DNA of 64,000 nucleotides from Escherichia phage vB_EcoM_DalCa, in the sequence record NC_054908.1. One strand, written 5' to 3'. The notes beneath the pieces were generated by a model. It was not told the origin of the DNA, searched no databases, and saw only the letters and a program-made list of their open reading frames with translations. The position numbers and the translations under genes are program-made. Position 1 is the stretch's first letter; the number at the start of each line of letters is the position of its first letter. Below, in pieces: positions 50,842 through 61,842 of this stretch.

Positions 50842-53800
50842 ATGGCCGAGATTAAAAGAAAGTTCAGAGCAGAAGATGGTCTGGACGCAGGTGGCGATAA
50901 AATAATCAACGTAGCTTTAGCTGATCGTACCGTAGGAACTGACGGTGTTAACGTTGATTACTTAATTCAAGAAAACACAGTTCAGCAATATGATCCAACT
51001 CGTGGATATTTAAAAGATTTTGTAATCATTTATAATAATCGTTTTTGGGCAGCAACGGATAATATTCCAAAACCTGCTGGAAATTTTAATAGAATTCGTT
51101 GGAAAGCATTACGTACTGATGCTGTATATACAACCGTATCATCTGGACCGTATCAATTAAAATCCGGAGAAGCAATTTCAGTAGATACATCAGTTGGTAA
51201 TGACATTGAGTTTACTTTACCACCTTCTCCGCTCGATGGAGAAACAGTAATAATTCAAGATATCGGTGGAAAACCTGGTATAAATCAGGTTAAAATAAGT
51301 TCTTCAAATCAGAGCATTGTTAATTTTAGAGGTGAACAAGTACGTTCAGTTTTAATGACTCATCCAAAGTCACAGATGGTATTCATTTTTAATAATCGTT
51401 TGTGGCAAATGTATATTGCTGATTATAGCAGAGAAGCTGCGATTGTTACTCCATCGACTGCGTATCAAGCACAATCTAATGATTTTATCGTACGTAGATT
51501 TACTTCTGCTGCACCAATTAATGTTAAACTTCCGAGATTTGCTAATCATGGCGATATTATTAATTTCGTTGATTTAGATAAACTGAATCCACTTTATCAT
51601 ACAATTGTTACTACATACGATGAAACGACTTCAGTACAAGAAGTTGGAACTCATTCCATTGAAGGCCGTACATCGATTGACGGTTTCTTGATGTTTGACG
51701 ATAATGAGAAATTGTGGAGATTGTTTGACGGGGATAGTAAAGCACGTTTACGCATTATAACAACTAATTCAAATATTCGTCCAAATGAAGAAGTCATGGT
51801 ATTTGGCGCGAATAATGGAACAACCCAAACAATTGAACTTCAGCTTCCGACTGATATTTCTGTTGGTGATACTGTTAAAATTTCCATGAATTACATGAGA
51901 AAAGGACAAACAGTTAAAATCAAAGCTGCTGGTGAAGATAAAATTGCTTCTTCAGTTCAATTGCTGCAATTCCCAAAACGTTCAGAATATCCGCCTGAAG
52001 CTGAATGGGTAACAGTTCAAGAATTAGTTTTTAACGGTGAAACTAATTATGTTCCAGTTTTACAACTTGCTTATATAGAAGATTCTGATGGAAAATACTG
52101 GGTTGTACAGCAAAACGTTCCAACAGTTGAAAGAGTCGATTCTTTAAATAATTCTACTAGAGCAAGATTAGGCGTAATTGCTTTAGCTACACAAGCTCAA
52201 GCAAATGCTGATTTAGAAAATTCTCCGCAAAAAGAATTGGCAATTACTCCAGAAACGTTAGCTAATCGTACTGCTACTGAAACTCGCAGAGGTATTGCAA
52301 GAATAGCAACTACTGCTCAAGTGAATCAGAACACCACATTCTCTTTTGCAGATGACCTTATCATCACTCCTAAAAAGCTGAATGAAAGAACTGCTACAGA
52401 AACTCGCAGAGGTGTCGCTGAAATTGCTACGCAGCAGGAAACTAATACAGGTACTGATGATACTACAATCATTACTCCTAAAAAGCTTCAAGCTCGCCAA
52501 GGTTCTGAATCATTATCTGGTATTGTAACTTTTGTATCTACCGCAGGAGCTACTCCAGCTTCTAGTCGTGAATTAAATGGTACGAATGTTTATAATAAAA
52601 ACACTAATAATTTAGTTGTTTCACCTAAAGCTTTGGATCAGTATAAAGCTACTCCAACGCAACAAGGCGCAGTAATTTTAGCAGTTGAAAGTGAAGTAAT
52701 TGCTGGACAAAGCCAAGAAGGATGGGCAAATGCGGTTGTAACGCCAGAAACGTTACATAAAAAGACATCAACTGACGCAAGAATTGGTTTAATTGAAATT
52801 GCTACACAAAGTGAAGTTAATACAGGAACTGATTATACTCGCGCAGTCACTCCTAAAACTTTAAATGACCGTAGAGCAACTGAAAGTTTAAGTGGTATAG
52901 CTGAAATTGCTACGCAAGTTGAATTCGACGCAGGCGTCGACGATACTCGTATCTCTACACCATTAAAAATTAAAACCAGATTTAATAGTACTGATCGTAC
53001 TTCTGTTGTTGCTCTATCTGGATTAGTTGAATCAGGAACTCTCTGGGACCATTATACCCTTAATATTCTTGAAGCAAATGAGACACAGCGTGGTACACTT
53101 CGTGTAGCTACACAAGTTGAAGCTGCTGCAGGAACATTAGATAATGTTTTAATAACTCCTAAAAAGCTTTTAGGTACTAAATCTACTGAAGCACAGGAAG
53201 GTGTCATTAAAGTTGCAACTCAGTCTGAAACTGTGGCTGGAACGTCAGCAAATACTGCTGTATCTCCAAAAAATTTAAAATGGATTGTGCAGAGTGAACC
53301 TACTTGGGCAGCGACTACTGCGATAAGAGGTTTTGTTAAAACTTCGTCTGGTTCAATTACATTCGTTGGTAATGATACAGCTGGTTCAACACAGCCATTA
53401 GAATCATATGAGAAAAATGGTTATGCAGTATCACCATATGAATTAAATCGCGTATTAGCAAATTATTTGCCATTAAAAGCAAAAGCCGTAGATAGTAATT
53501 TATTAGATGGTCTAGATTCGCTCCAGTTCATTCGTAGGGACATTGCACAAACAGTTAATGGTTCACTAACCTTAACCCAACAAACGAATCTGGGTGCCCC
53601 TCTTGTATCATCTAGTACTGCTACATTCGGTGGATCAGTTTCAGCAAATAGTACATTAACTATTTCTAATACTGGAACGGCAACTCGTCTGATTTTTGAG
53701 AAAGGACCTCAAACTGGAACAAACCCGGCTCAAACGATGACAGTCAGAGTGTGGGGAAATCAATTTAGTGGGGAATCAGACACAACACGTTCTACCGTAT

Positions 53801-54711
53801 TTGAAGTTAGTGATGAAACGTCTAGTCATTTTTATTCTCAGCGTAATAAAGCTGGAAATATAACATTTAATATCAACGGTACAGTAACACCGATAAATGT
53901 TAATGCTTCAGGAACATTGAATGCAAATGGTGTAGCAACATTTGGTAATTCAGTCACTGCAACTGGTGAAATTATTTCTCGAAGCGCAAATGCTTTCCGT
54001 GCTATTAACGGAAATTATGGTTTCATTGTTCGCAATGATGGATCAGTAACGAATTTTATGCTTACTGCATCGGGTGATCAGACTGGTGGATTTAATGGAT
54101 TACGTCCTTTAGCTATTAATAATGCATCTGGCCAAGTAACGATTGGTGAAAGCTTAATCATTGCCAAAGGTGCTACTATAAATTCAGGCGGTTTGACTGT
54201 TAACTCGAGAATTCGTTCTCAGGGCACTAAAACATCTGATTTATACACCCGCGCTCCAACATCTGATACTGTAGGATTCTGGTCAATTGATATTAACGAT
54301 TCAGCCACTTATAACCAGTTCCCGGGTTATTTTAAAATGGTTGAAAAAACTAATGAAGTGACTGGACTTCCATACTTAGAACGTGGTGAAGAAGTTAAAT
54401 CTCCTGGTACATTGACTCAGTTTGGTAACACACTTGATTCACTTTACCAAGATTGGATTACTTATCCAACGACCCCAGAAGCACGTACCACTCGCTGGAC
54501 ACGTACATGGCAGAAAACCAAAAACTCTTGGTCAAGTTTTGTTCAGGTATTTGACGGAGGTAACCCTCCTCAACCTTCAGATATAGGAGCGATCCCATCT
54601 GATAATGGAATAATAGGTAATCTTACTATTCGCGATTTCTTGCGAATTGGTAATGTTCGCATTATTCCTGACCCAGTGAATAAAACTGTTAAATTTGAGT
54701 GGATTGAATAA
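50842..54711 (+). CDS. 34: Long tail fibre proximal subunit gp34
   Basis: 1289 aa; TATAAATA at 50800-50807; repeated ATETRRG.A.IAT motifs. Confidence 0.9.
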   Translation: MAEIKRKFRAEDGLDAGGDKIINVALADRTVGTDGVNVDYLIQENTVQQYDPTRGYLKDFVIIYNNRFWAATDNIPKPAGNFNRIRWKALRTDAVYTTVSSGPYQLKSGEAISVDTSVGNDIEFTLPPSPLDGETVIIQDIGGKPGINQVKISSSNQSIVNFRGEQVRSVLMTHPKSQMVFIFNNRLWQMYIADYSREAAIVTPSTAYQAQSNDFIVRRFTSAAPINVKLPRFANHGDIINFVDLDKLNPLYHTIVTTYDETTSVQEVGTHSIEGRTSIDGFLMFDDNEKLWRLFDGDSKARLRIITTNSNIRPNEEVMVFGANNGTTQTIELQLPTDISVGDTVKISMNYMRKGQTVKIKAAGEDKIASSVQLLQFPKRSEYPPEAEWVTVQELVFNGETNYVPVLQLAYIEDSDGKYWVVQQNVPTVERVDSLNNSTRARLGVIALATQAQANADLENSPQKELAITPETLANRTATETRRGIARIATTAQVNQNTTFSFADDLIITPKKLNERTATETRRGVAEIATQQETNTGTDDTTIITPKKLQARQGSESLSGIVTFVSTAGATPASSRELNGTNVYNKNTNNLVVSPKALDQYKATPTQQGAVILAVESEVIAGQSQEGWANAVVTPETLHKKTSTDARIGLIEIATQSEVNTGTDYTRAVTPKTLNDRRATESLSGIAEIATQVEFDAGVDDTRISTPLKIKTRFNSTDRTSVVALSGLVESGTLWDHYTLNILEANETQRGTLRVATQVEAAAGTLDNVLITPKKLLGTKSTEAQEGVIKVATQSETVAGTSANTAVSPKNLKWIVQSEPTWAATTAIRGFVKTSSGSITFVGNDTAGSTQPLESYEKNGYAVSPYELNRVLANYLPLKAKAVDSNLLDGLDSLQFIRRDIAQTVNGSLTLTQQTNLGAPLVSSSTATFGGSVSANSTLTISNTGTATRLIFEKGPQTGTNPAQTMTVRVWGNQFSGESDTTRSTVFEVSDETSSHFYSQRNKAGNITFNINGTVTPINVNASGTLNANGVATFGNSVTATGEIISRSANAFRAINGNYGFIVRNDGSVTNFMLTASGDQTGGFNGLRPLAINNASGQVTIGESLIIAKGATINSGGLTVNSRIRSQGTKTSDLYTRAPTSDTVGFWSIDINDSATYNQFPGYFKMVEKTNEVTGLPYLERGEEVKSPGTLTQFGNTLDSLYQDWITYPTTPEARTTRWTRTWQKTKNSWSSFVQVFDGGNPPQPSDIGAIPSDNGIIGNLTIRDFLRIGNVRIIPDPVNKTVKFEWIE

Positions 54712-54719
54712 GAGGTATT

Positions 54720-55835
54720 ATGGAAAAATTTATGGCAGAGTTTGGACAAGGATATGTCCAAACACCATTTTTATCGGAAAGCAATTCAGTAAGATATAAA
54801 ATAAGCATAGCGGGTTCTTGCCCGCTTTCTACTGCGGGGCCATATGTTAAATTTCAGGATAATCCCGTTGGAAATCAAACATTTAGTGCAGGTCTTCATT
54901 TAAGAGTTTTTGACCCTTCTACGGGAGCATTAGTTGATAGCAAGTCATATGCTTTTTCTGCTTCAAACAATACAACATCTGCCGCTTTTGTCAGTTTCAT
55001 GAATTCTTTGTCAAACAATAGACTTGTTGCTATATTAACTAGCGGAAAGGTTAATTTTCCTCCTGAAGTGGTATCTTGGTTAAGGGGAGCAGGAACTTCA
55101 GTTTTTCCATCAGATTCAGTATTGTCAAGATTTGACGTATCATATGCTGCTTTTTATACTTCTTCTAAAAGAGCTATTGCATTAGAGCATGTTAAACTAA
55201 GTAATAGAAAAAGCACAGATGATTATCAAACTATTTTAGATGTTGTATTTGATAGTTTAGAAGACGTCGGAGCGACAGGATTTCCAAAAAGAACTTATGA
55301 AAGTGTAGAGCAATTCATGTCAGCAGTTGGTGGAACTAATAACGAAATTGCGCGATTGCCAACTTCAGCTGCTATAAGTAAACTTTCTGACTATAATTTA
55401 ATTCCTGGTGATGTTCTTTATCTTAAAGCACAGTTATATGCTGATGCTGATTTACTTGATCTTGGAACTACAAACATATCCATTCGTTTTTATGATGCAT
55501 CAAATGGATATATTTCCTCGACCCAAGCTGAGTTTACTGGGCAAGCTGGGTCTTGGGAATTAAAAGAAGACTATGTAGTTGTTCCAGAAAACGCCGTAGG
55601 ATTTACGATATATGCACAAAGAACTGCTCAAGCAGGTCAAGGCGGCATGAGAAATTTAAGTTTTTCTGAAGTATCAAGAAATGGCGGCATTTCAAAACCT
55701 GCCGAATTTGGCGTCAACGGTATTCGCGTTAATTATGTCTGTGAATCGGCTTCACCTCCAGATATAATGGTACTTCCTACACAAGCCTCTTCTAAAACTG
55801 GCAAAGTGTTTGGACAGGAATTTAGAGAAGTTTAA
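54720..55835 (+). CDS. 35: Long tail fibre hinge protein gp35
   Basis: 371 aa; order 34-35-36-37. Confidence 0.85.
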   Translation: MEKFMAEFGQGYVQTPFLSESNSVRYKISIAGSCPLSTAGPYVKFQDNPVGNQTFSAGLHLRVFDPSTGALVDSKSYAFSASNNTTSAAFVSFMNSLSNNRLVAILTSGKVNFPPEVVSWLRGAGTSVFPSDSVLSRFDVSYAAFYTSSKRAIALEHVKLSNRKSTDDYQTILDVVFDSLEDVGATGFPKRTYESVEQFMSAVGGTNNEIARLPTSAAISKLSDYNLIPGDVLYLKAQLYADADLLDLGTTNISIRFYDASNGYISSTQAEFTGQAGSWELKEDYVVVPENAVGFTIYAQRTAQAGQGGMRNLSFSEVSRNGGISKPAEFGVNGIRVNYVCESASPPDIMVLPTQASSKTGKVFGQEFREV

Positions 55836-55839
55836 ACTG

Positions 55840-55865
55840 AGGGAGCCTTCGGGTTCCCTTTTTCT
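55840..55865 (+). terminator. Terminator after gene 35
   Basis: GGGAGCC-ttcg-GGTTCCC followed by TTTTTCTTT. Confidence 0.6.
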
Positions 55866-55866
55866 T

Positions 55867-55874
55867 TATAAATA
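55867..55874 (+). promoter_or_regulatory. Late promoter box TATAAATA for gene 36
   Basis: Exact TATAAATA between the gene 35 terminator and gene 36. Confidence 0.6.
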
Positions 55875-55897
55875 ATATTAAAATAAAGGGGCATATA

Positions 55898-56548
55898 ATG
55901 GCTGATTTAAAAGTAGGTTCAACTGTGGGTGGATCTGTCATTTGGCATCAAGGAAATTTTCCATTGAATTCAGCCGGTGACGATGTACTCTACAAATCAT
56001 TTAAAATATATTCAGAATATAATAAACCGCAGGCAGCTGATAACGATTTCGTTTCTAAAGCTAATGGTGGTACTTACGCCGGTCCAATTACTATTAATTA
56101 CGGGGTAAATAGTTATCTTCAATTAAGTAATAATGAAACCCCTATCCGAATTCGTTCTGGTGGCGGCACTGGTAATACTCTTGTAGTTGGCGGCTCTTCC
56201 GGTGGTATTAGTTTTAGACCTGCAGGTAGTGAAATCACTACTGGACAAATTACTATTACGCCAGAAGGTTTGACAACATTTACCAGGGCTGTAACGGCTC
56301 CATCGGTAACTGTTACATCTACTCCTTCCGCAGCATCTGATGTTACTCGCAAAGATTATGTTGATGGAGCAATAAATACTGTTACAGCAAATGCAAACTC
56401 TAGGGTATTACGCTCTGGAGACACTATGACAGGAAATTTAACTGCGCCAAACCTTTTTTCACAGAATCCTGCATCTCAACCTTCACACGTTCCACGATTT
56501 GACCAAATCGTAATTAAGGATTCTGTTCAAGATTTCGGCTATTATTAA
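55898..56548 (+). CDS. 36: Long tail fibre distal connector gp36
   Basis: 216 aa; terminator and TATAAATA upstream. Confidence 0.85.
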   Translation: MADLKVGSTVGGSVIWHQGNFPLNSAGDDVLYKSFKIYSEYNKPQAADNDFVSKANGGTYAGPITINYGVNSYLQLSNNETPIRIRSGGGTGNTLVVGGSSGGISFRPAGSEITTGQITITPEGLTTFTRAVTAPSVTVTSTPSAASDVTRKDYVDGAINTVTANANSRVLRSGDTMTGNLTAPNLFSQNPASQPSHVPRFDQIVIKDSVQDFGYY

Positions 56549-56556
56549 GAGGACTT

Positions 56557-59523
56557 ATGGCTACTTTAAAACAAATACAATTTAAAAGAAGTAAAACTGC
56601 AGGTCAACGTCCTGCTGCTTCAGTATTAGCCGAAGGTGAATTGGCTATAAACTTAAAAGATAAAACAATTTTCACAAAAGATGACTCAGGTAGTGTTATA
56701 GAATTAGGTTTAAAATATGGAGGAACAATTGATGGTTCTTTAACTGTTAATGGAAACATAATTGGAAATTTAACAGGTAACGCTGCAACTGCAACGAAAT
56801 TAAAAACAGCACGAAAAATTAATGGTATATCCTTTGATGGGTCAAAAGATATCACGCTAACTCCATCTGACATAAATGTCAATAGCACAACGTTTATAAA
56901 AAATAACGGCGAATTACCTGTTGATGCTAATTTAGATGAGTATGGGCCTGTTGAAGAATATCTTGGAGTTTGGTCGAAAGCAACTTCAACCAACGCTCAA
57001 CCAGCAAATAAATTTCCAGAAGAAAATGCTGTAGGTGTTCTAGAAGTATTTGTGGCCGGTCAATTTGCTGGTACTCAGAGATATACAACTAGATACGGAA
57101 ATGTTTATATTCGTTCCTTGACTGCTACATGGAACGGAGTAAACGGTCCGTGGAGTGCGTGGCGAAATATTCAATCTGGTACTCGTCCACTGTCAACAAC
57201 GATTGATCTTAATGATCTAGGAGGCGCTGAACACCTTGGTTTGTGGCGAAATAGTTCAAATTCCATTGCTACCTTTGACAGAAATTTCCCAGAAGAAGGA
57301 TCGTCCGCTCAAGGACTTTTAGAAGTATATGAAGGTGGAAACTATTCTCGCACACAGAGATATACGACCAGATTTGGTGTTGTTTATACTCGTTGTCTTG
57401 CTGCTGCGTGGGATGCTTCTGCGCCTAAATGGGGACCTTGGCAACAAGTCGGTAATGTCACACCGGCGACTTTCTATGACGGAGATCTGAATGATTTTAA
57501 AACTCCTGGGTTATATAATATTTTAGGCACTGATGCCGTTATTAACTGTCCTACCGGTGAAGGTTTACCAGCCGTTATTGTTGGTTTGCTGGAAGTTAAA
57601 CAGCGTGCTTCTGGTGGTGCTATTTTCCAAAAATTTACTACTGCCGGAACGGGTGCAACTACTCGCGATCGTATTTTTGAGCGTGCATATACTGGTGGTG
57701 TGTGGGGTGCATGGAACGAAGTATATACATCTTATTCCCTGCCAATTACTTTGGGTATGGGTGGTATTAAAACTCAATTAGCGGAGTTAGATTGGCAAAC
57801 CTTTGATTTTGTCCCTGGTAGTATGTTTAGTGTTCCTTTGAACAAAATAAAGAATATGCCAGCAAATATGGATTGGGGCACGATTGATGGAAACCTGGTT
57901 ATGTTTTCCGTTGGTCCTAGCGAACACACTAGCACAGGACGTACTGTTCAGATTTGGCGCGGCACCGTATCCCAGACAAACTACCGTTATTTTGTCGTTC
58001 GTGTGTTCGGTAATTCTGGAAATAGAACTTGCACAGTTCGTCGTGTTGTTCTTGAAGACGGATCACATACTTGGACTGCTAAACAAGATTTTAATGGCGC
58101 AGTTAACTTTAACTCTACTGTTAACCTTAATAACACTACCACATTTAAAACAGAAGTTAAATTTCGCTCATTGAATGCATTCCGTATGTATGGCGGAAAA
58201 TTTGGTACATTTTTACGTAATGATGGAGAGAGTCTTTATATTCTTTCCACCGACGAAGATGATCAAGATGGAAACTTTAATACAAATAGACCTTTCCGTT
58301 ATGAATTAAGAACTGGTGATGTTACTTTGGGTGGTGCTAGTGGTGCTAACGTTTTAAAATTAAAACGTGATTCTCTCACCGCATTTTTTGGCGGTGATAT
58401 TAACATTAAAGGCATGATGACTTTTGACGCCGGACGTTTAGGATCACGAGATTATTTTAAATTTAACCATTGGGGTGATAGTAATAATGCGCGTGATAAC
58501 ATTATTCAGTTAGAAGACAGCAAAGGCGCTCATTTTTCCACTGAACGTACTTTAGCGACTGGTGCAATTAAGACTAAATTTTTTGGTGAAATTGAATCCG
58601 ATGGTAAATTGGTTATTAAACGTCCGGGTGATTCTATTGTATTATCAACAACTGCTAGTAATTCTTTGCATATTCGCGGTGATATAGACGGGACTGGTAA
58701 CTGGTATATTGGTAAAGGTGGTGCTGATAATGGATTAGCGTTCTATAGTTATGCTACTAATGCTGGTGTATACATTACAAACGCAGGAGATATCTCGCTA
58801 AGTCCAAAGGGTGCCGAAATGGCTCAGGTCAATAACGTTCGATTATATGTTCATGGTGAACGTTGGACCGCTAGTCAACCAGGTGATTGGGGCAGTCAGT
58901 GGCAAGTGGAAGCGCCAATATTCGTCGATCATGGTTATGTTGGACCAGATAGCTATTATCCAATTATTAAAGGAAGAAGTGTAATCACCAATCAAGGGTT
59001 TGTAACTGCCGTCGATCTTGGTATTCGTCGTGTCCCTAACAATTGGGGGCAAGCAATTATTCGTGTTGGATCTGCAGAGGCATCGCCAGCGGCTGGACAC
59101 CCTAACGCGGTATTTGAATTTCATTACGACGGTACTTTCTATTCTCCTGGTAATGGTAACTTTAACGATGTGTATATTCGTTCCGATGGTCGTCTTAAGA
59201 TTAATAAAAAAGAGCTAGAAAACGGAGCACTTGAAAAAGTATGCCGACTGAAAGTTTATACATACGATAAGGTTAAGTCTATTAAAGATCGTAGTGTTAT
59301 TAAACGTGAAGTTGGTATTATTGCTCAGGATCTTGAAAAAGAATTACCGGAAGCTGTGTCTAAAGTTGAAGTTGATGGATCTGATGTTCTGACAATTTCT
59401 AACTCCGCTGTGAATGCTCTTTTAATTAAGGCTATCCAAGAAATGAGCGAAGAAATTAAAGAATTAAAAACGCCTTTCTTCACTAAAATTGCTCGCAAAA
59501 TTAGTAAATATTTTAAATTCTAA
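56557..59523 (+). CDS. 37: Long tail fibre distal subunit gp37 with C-terminal self-cleaving chaperone-like domain
   Basis: 988 aa; N-terminus [19 protein letters not shown] typical of fibre proteins; SDGRLK motif about 113 aa from the C-terminus. Confidence 0.9.
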   Translation: MATLKQIQFKRSKTAGQRPAASVLAEGELAINLKDKTIFTKDDSGSVIELGLKYGGTIDGSLTVNGNIIGNLTGNAATATKLKTARKINGISFDGSKDITLTPSDINVNSTTFIKNNGELPVDANLDEYGPVEEYLGVWSKATSTNAQPANKFPEENAVGVLEVFVAGQFAGTQRYTTRYGNVYIRSLTATWNGVNGPWSAWRNIQSGTRPLSTTIDLNDLGGAEHLGLWRNSSNSIATFDRNFPEEGSSAQGLLEVYEGGNYSRTQRYTTRFGVVYTRCLAAAWDASAPKWGPWQQVGNVTPATFYDGDLNDFKTPGLYNILGTDAVINCPTGEGLPAVIVGLLEVKQRASGGAIFQKFTTAGTGATTRDRIFERAYTGGVWGAWNEVYTSYSLPITLGMGGIKTQLAELDWQTFDFVPGSMFSVPLNKIKNMPANMDWGTIDGNLVMFSVGPSEHTSTGRTVQIWRGTVSQTNYRYFVVRVFGNSGNRTCTVRRVVLEDGSHTWTAKQDFNGAVNFNSTVNLNNTTTFKTEVKFRSLNAFRMYGGKFGTFLRNDGESLYILSTDEDDQDGNFNTNRPFRYELRTGDVTLGGASGANVLKLKRDSLTAFFGGDINIKGMMTFDAGRLGSRDYFKFNHWGDSNNARDNIIQLEDSKGAHFSTERTLATGAIKTKFFGEIESDGKLVIKRPGDSIVLSTTASNSLHIRGDIDGTGNWYIGKGGADNGLAFYSYATNAGVYITNAGDISLSPKGAEMAQVNNVRLYVHGERWTASQPGDWGSQWQVEAPIFVDHGYVGPDSYYPIIKGRSVITNQGFVTAVDLGIRRVPNNWGQAIIRVGSAEASPAAGHPNAVFEFHYDGTFYSPGNGNFNDVYIRSDGRLKINKKELENGALEKVCRLKVYTYDKVKSIKDRSVIKREVGIIAQDLEKELPEAVSKVEVDGSDVLTISNSAVNALLIKAIQEMSEEIKELKTPFFTKIARKISKYFKF

Positions 59524-59529
59524 CAACAA

Positions 59530-59548
59530 GGGGGCAACGCCCCCTTTG
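59530..59548 (+). terminator. Hairpin after gene 37 (GGGGGC-aac-GCCCCC)
   Basis: 6 bp GC stem followed by TTTGG; just upstream of the gene 38 RBS. Confidence 0.5.
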
Positions 59549-59558
59549 GAGATAAATT

Positions 59559-60359
59559 ATGGCAGTAGTTGGTGTTCCTGGTTGGATTGGTAGTTCATCC
59601 GTAAATGAAACAGGACAACGATGGATGAGTCAAGCGGCTGGTCAATTAAGATTGGGTGTTCCTTGCTGGATGAGTCAATTTGCAGGTCGCTCACGAGAAA
59701 TTATTCATACACTTGGAGCAGACCATAACTTCAATGGTCAATGGTTCCGAGATAGATGTTTTGAGGCCGGTAGTGCACCTATAGTGTTTAATATTACAGG
59801 TGATTTAGTATCATATTCTAAAGATGTTCCTTTATTCTTCATGTACGGGGATACGCCTAATGAATATGTTGTTCTTAATATTCATGGTGGTGTTCATATG
59901 TGGGGTCGTGGTGGTAATGGTGGATACACTCACTCGGGAGGCGACGGTAACGGTACACAAGGCGGTCATGTTATTCAAAATGATATCGGTGGACGGCTTC
60001 GTATTTGGAACTACGGTGTTATAGCTGCTGGCGGTGGCGGCGGTGGTGGTATTGCATATCGTCCACACTCAGGGGCAAACTGGCAAGATATCGGTGGCGG
60101 TGGTGGTCGACCTTTCGGTGGCGCTGGCGGTGGCGGTTATTCCGGTGGTGCTGCTTCGTATGAAGGTCCGGGTGGTGGTTATGACTATGGTAACGCACAC
60201 TCCGGCGCAGGTGGTAATGCTGGTGCTGCTGGTCAGAATGCATGGTCTGACGGCGGTAAAGTTCTTAAAGTTGGTGTTGGTGGTGCGTCTGGTCATGCAG
60301 TGTTTGGGTCTTCTCCAACTTGGGGTGCTGTTGGAACAATTTACGGACCAAGAGTATAA
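59559..60359 (+). CDS. 38: Receptor-recognising adhesin gp38, T2-type with glycine-rich motifs
   Basis: 266 aa; several poly-Gly stretches (GGGGGGG, GGGGG, GGAGGGG) separated by variable segments. Confidence 0.85.
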   Translation: MAVVGVPGWIGSSSVNETGQRWMSQAAGQLRLGVPCWMSQFAGRSREIIHTLGADHNFNGQWFRDRCFEAGSAPIVFNITGDLVSYSKDVPLFFMYGDTPNEYVVLNIHGGVHMWGRGGNGGYTHSGGDGNGTQGGHVIQNDIGGRLRIWNYGVIAAGGGGGGGIAYRPHSGANWQDIGGGGGRPFGGAGGGGYSGGAASYEGPGGGYDYGNAHSGAGGNAGAAGQNAWSDGGKVLKVGVGGASGHAVFGSSPTWGAVGTIYGPRV

Positions 60360-60389
60360 TTTGAATAAATATCCTTAAAAGGAGGGTCT

Positions 60390-61046
60390 ATGGCAGCACC
60401 TAGAATATCATTTTCGCCCTCTGATATTCTGTTTGGTGTTCTAGATCGCTTGTTCAAAGATAACGCTACCGGGAAGGTTCTTGCTTCCCGAGTAGCTGTC
60501 GTAATTCTTTTATTTATGATGGCGATTGTTTGGTATAGGGGAGATAGTTTCTTTGAGTACTATAAGCAATCAAAGTATGAAACATACAGTGAAATTATTG
60601 AAAAGGAAAGAAATGCACGCTTTGAATCTGTCGCCCTGGAACAACTCCAGATAGTTCATATATCATCTGAGGCAGACTTTAGTGCGGTGTATTCTTTCCG
60701 CCCTAAAAACTTAAACTATTTTGTTGATATTATAGCATATGAAGGAAAATTACCTTCAACAATAAGTGAAAAATCACTTGGAGGATATCCTGTTGATAAA
60801 ACTATGGATGAATATACAGTTCATTTAAATGGACGTCATTATTATTCCGACTCAAAATTTGCTTTTTTACCAACTAAAAAGCCTACTCCCGAAATAAACT
60901 ACATGTACAGTTGTCCATATTTTAATTTGGATAATATCTATGCTGGAACAATAACCATGTACTGGTATAGAAATGATCATATAAGTAATGACCGCCTTGA
61001 ATCAATATGTGCTCAGGCGGCCAGAATATTAGGAAGGGCTAAATAA
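60390..61046 (+). CDS. t: Holin T
   Basis: 218 aa; single N-terminal TM segment and large periplasmic domain; position after 38. Confidence 0.9.
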   Translation: MAAPRISFSPSDILFGVLDRLFKDNATGKVLASRVAVVILLFMMAIVWYRGDSFFEYYKQSKYETYSEIIEKERNARFESVALEQLQIVHISSEADFSAVYSFRPKNLNYFVDIIAYEGKLPSTISEKSLGGYPVDKTMDEYTVHLNGRHYYSDSKFAFLPTKKPTPEINYMYSCPYFNLDNIYAGTITMYWYRNDHISNDRLESICAQAARILGRAK

Positions 61047-61319
61047 TTATTTGTTCGTATACATCTCTAGATATCGATATACACCCTCAAAACCCTCGTT
61101 GAATTCGTCGATGAGGGTTTTCTTATCTTCTTGAGTTAATTCAGAAACAATTTTACGGAATGAATTCTGATTTAACTTTCTACCTTCATGCGTTACTCCA
61201 ATCTCATTCAGAAATGCAATAAAATTAGCACGATTCTCAACAATATCTTCTCTGGAAAATTTAATCAAAATAGACGCAACAGTAATAATTTCACGAACTG
61301 TATCAATGTTTTTATTCAT
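61047..61319 (-). CDS. asiA: Anti-sigma-70 factor AsiA
   Basis: 90 aa; TTTACA-17-TATTAT promoter upstream. Confidence 0.9.
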   Translation of the reverse strand: MNKNIDTVREIITVASILIKFSREDIVENRANFIAFLNEIGVTHEGRKLNQNSFRKIVSELTQEDKKTLIDEFNEGFEGVYRYLEMYTNK

Positions 61320-61331
61320 TAACTATACCAC

Positions 61332-61484
61332 TCAATTAGTTGACTTTGTTATAATATCATCAGACACTTGATTTGTAAACTGGTCTGTGTTATTTTCTTC
61401 AAAAATTTTTTCTACGAATTCCTTGAACGACTCGCGTTCCTGAGCTACATTATGCTCGATTACCATTTCAAGATTATGACTCAT
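61332..61484 (-). CDS. Candidate 50 aa ORF (MSHNLEMVIEHNVAQERESF...) not in ORF track
   Basis: Its ATG overlaps the arn stop codon (ATGA coupling); contains the asiA promoter in its 3' part. Confidence 0.4.
   Translation of the reverse strand: MSHNLEMVIEHNVAQERESFKEFVEKIFEENNTDQFTNQVSDDIITKSTN
61351..61379 (-). promoter_or_regulatory. Early sigma-70 promoter for asiA (TTTACA-17-TATTAT)
   Basis: Good -35/-10 with 17 bp spacer about 30 bp upstream of the asiA ATG. Confidence 0.5.
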
Positions 61485-61759
61485 TCGAAATAATCTTCAA
61501 TTTCGTAATCATGGACATAAATCATTATAGTTTTTAATACATCATCAATACTTTTTCCTGGAGCTGGAATTACGTAAAAATATCCTGCTTTTGAGAGGTC
61601 TTTATAAGTTCCAATCAAGAAATCATTATTCTCAAGATGTAACTCTTCAACTAATTCATTGACAATTGAATGGTATAGGTTTGGTAGAAACTTATATAGC
61701 TTTTCTAGAATATCAATTTTGATTGTGTATTGAACCACGGACTGAGAATCAATAATCAT
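61481..61759 (-). CDS. arn: Arn-like anti-restriction protein
   Basis: 92 aa acidic protein; position between asiA and motA. Confidence 0.75.
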   Translation of the reverse strand: MIIDSQSVVQYTIKIDILEKLYKFLPNLYHSIVNELVEELHLENNDFLIGTYKDLSKAGYFYVIPAPGKSIDDVLKTIMIYVHDYEIEDYFE

Positions 61760-61842
61760 AGACCTTCCCCTTATGTTTCTGTTTGCGATTAGATTCTTTA
61801 AACGCTTTCTTCTTATCCTTATGAACAGAAGCTTTATTAAAA

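Noticed and set aside
59832-60378. Several His/Thr/Val-rich ORFs on both strands inside gene 38 (for example [14 protein letters not shown]..., [13 protein letters not shown]...)
   Set aside because: Alternative-frame and antisense readings of the GGT/GGC glycine-codon repeats of gp38; no RBS and fully nested in a well-supported gene.
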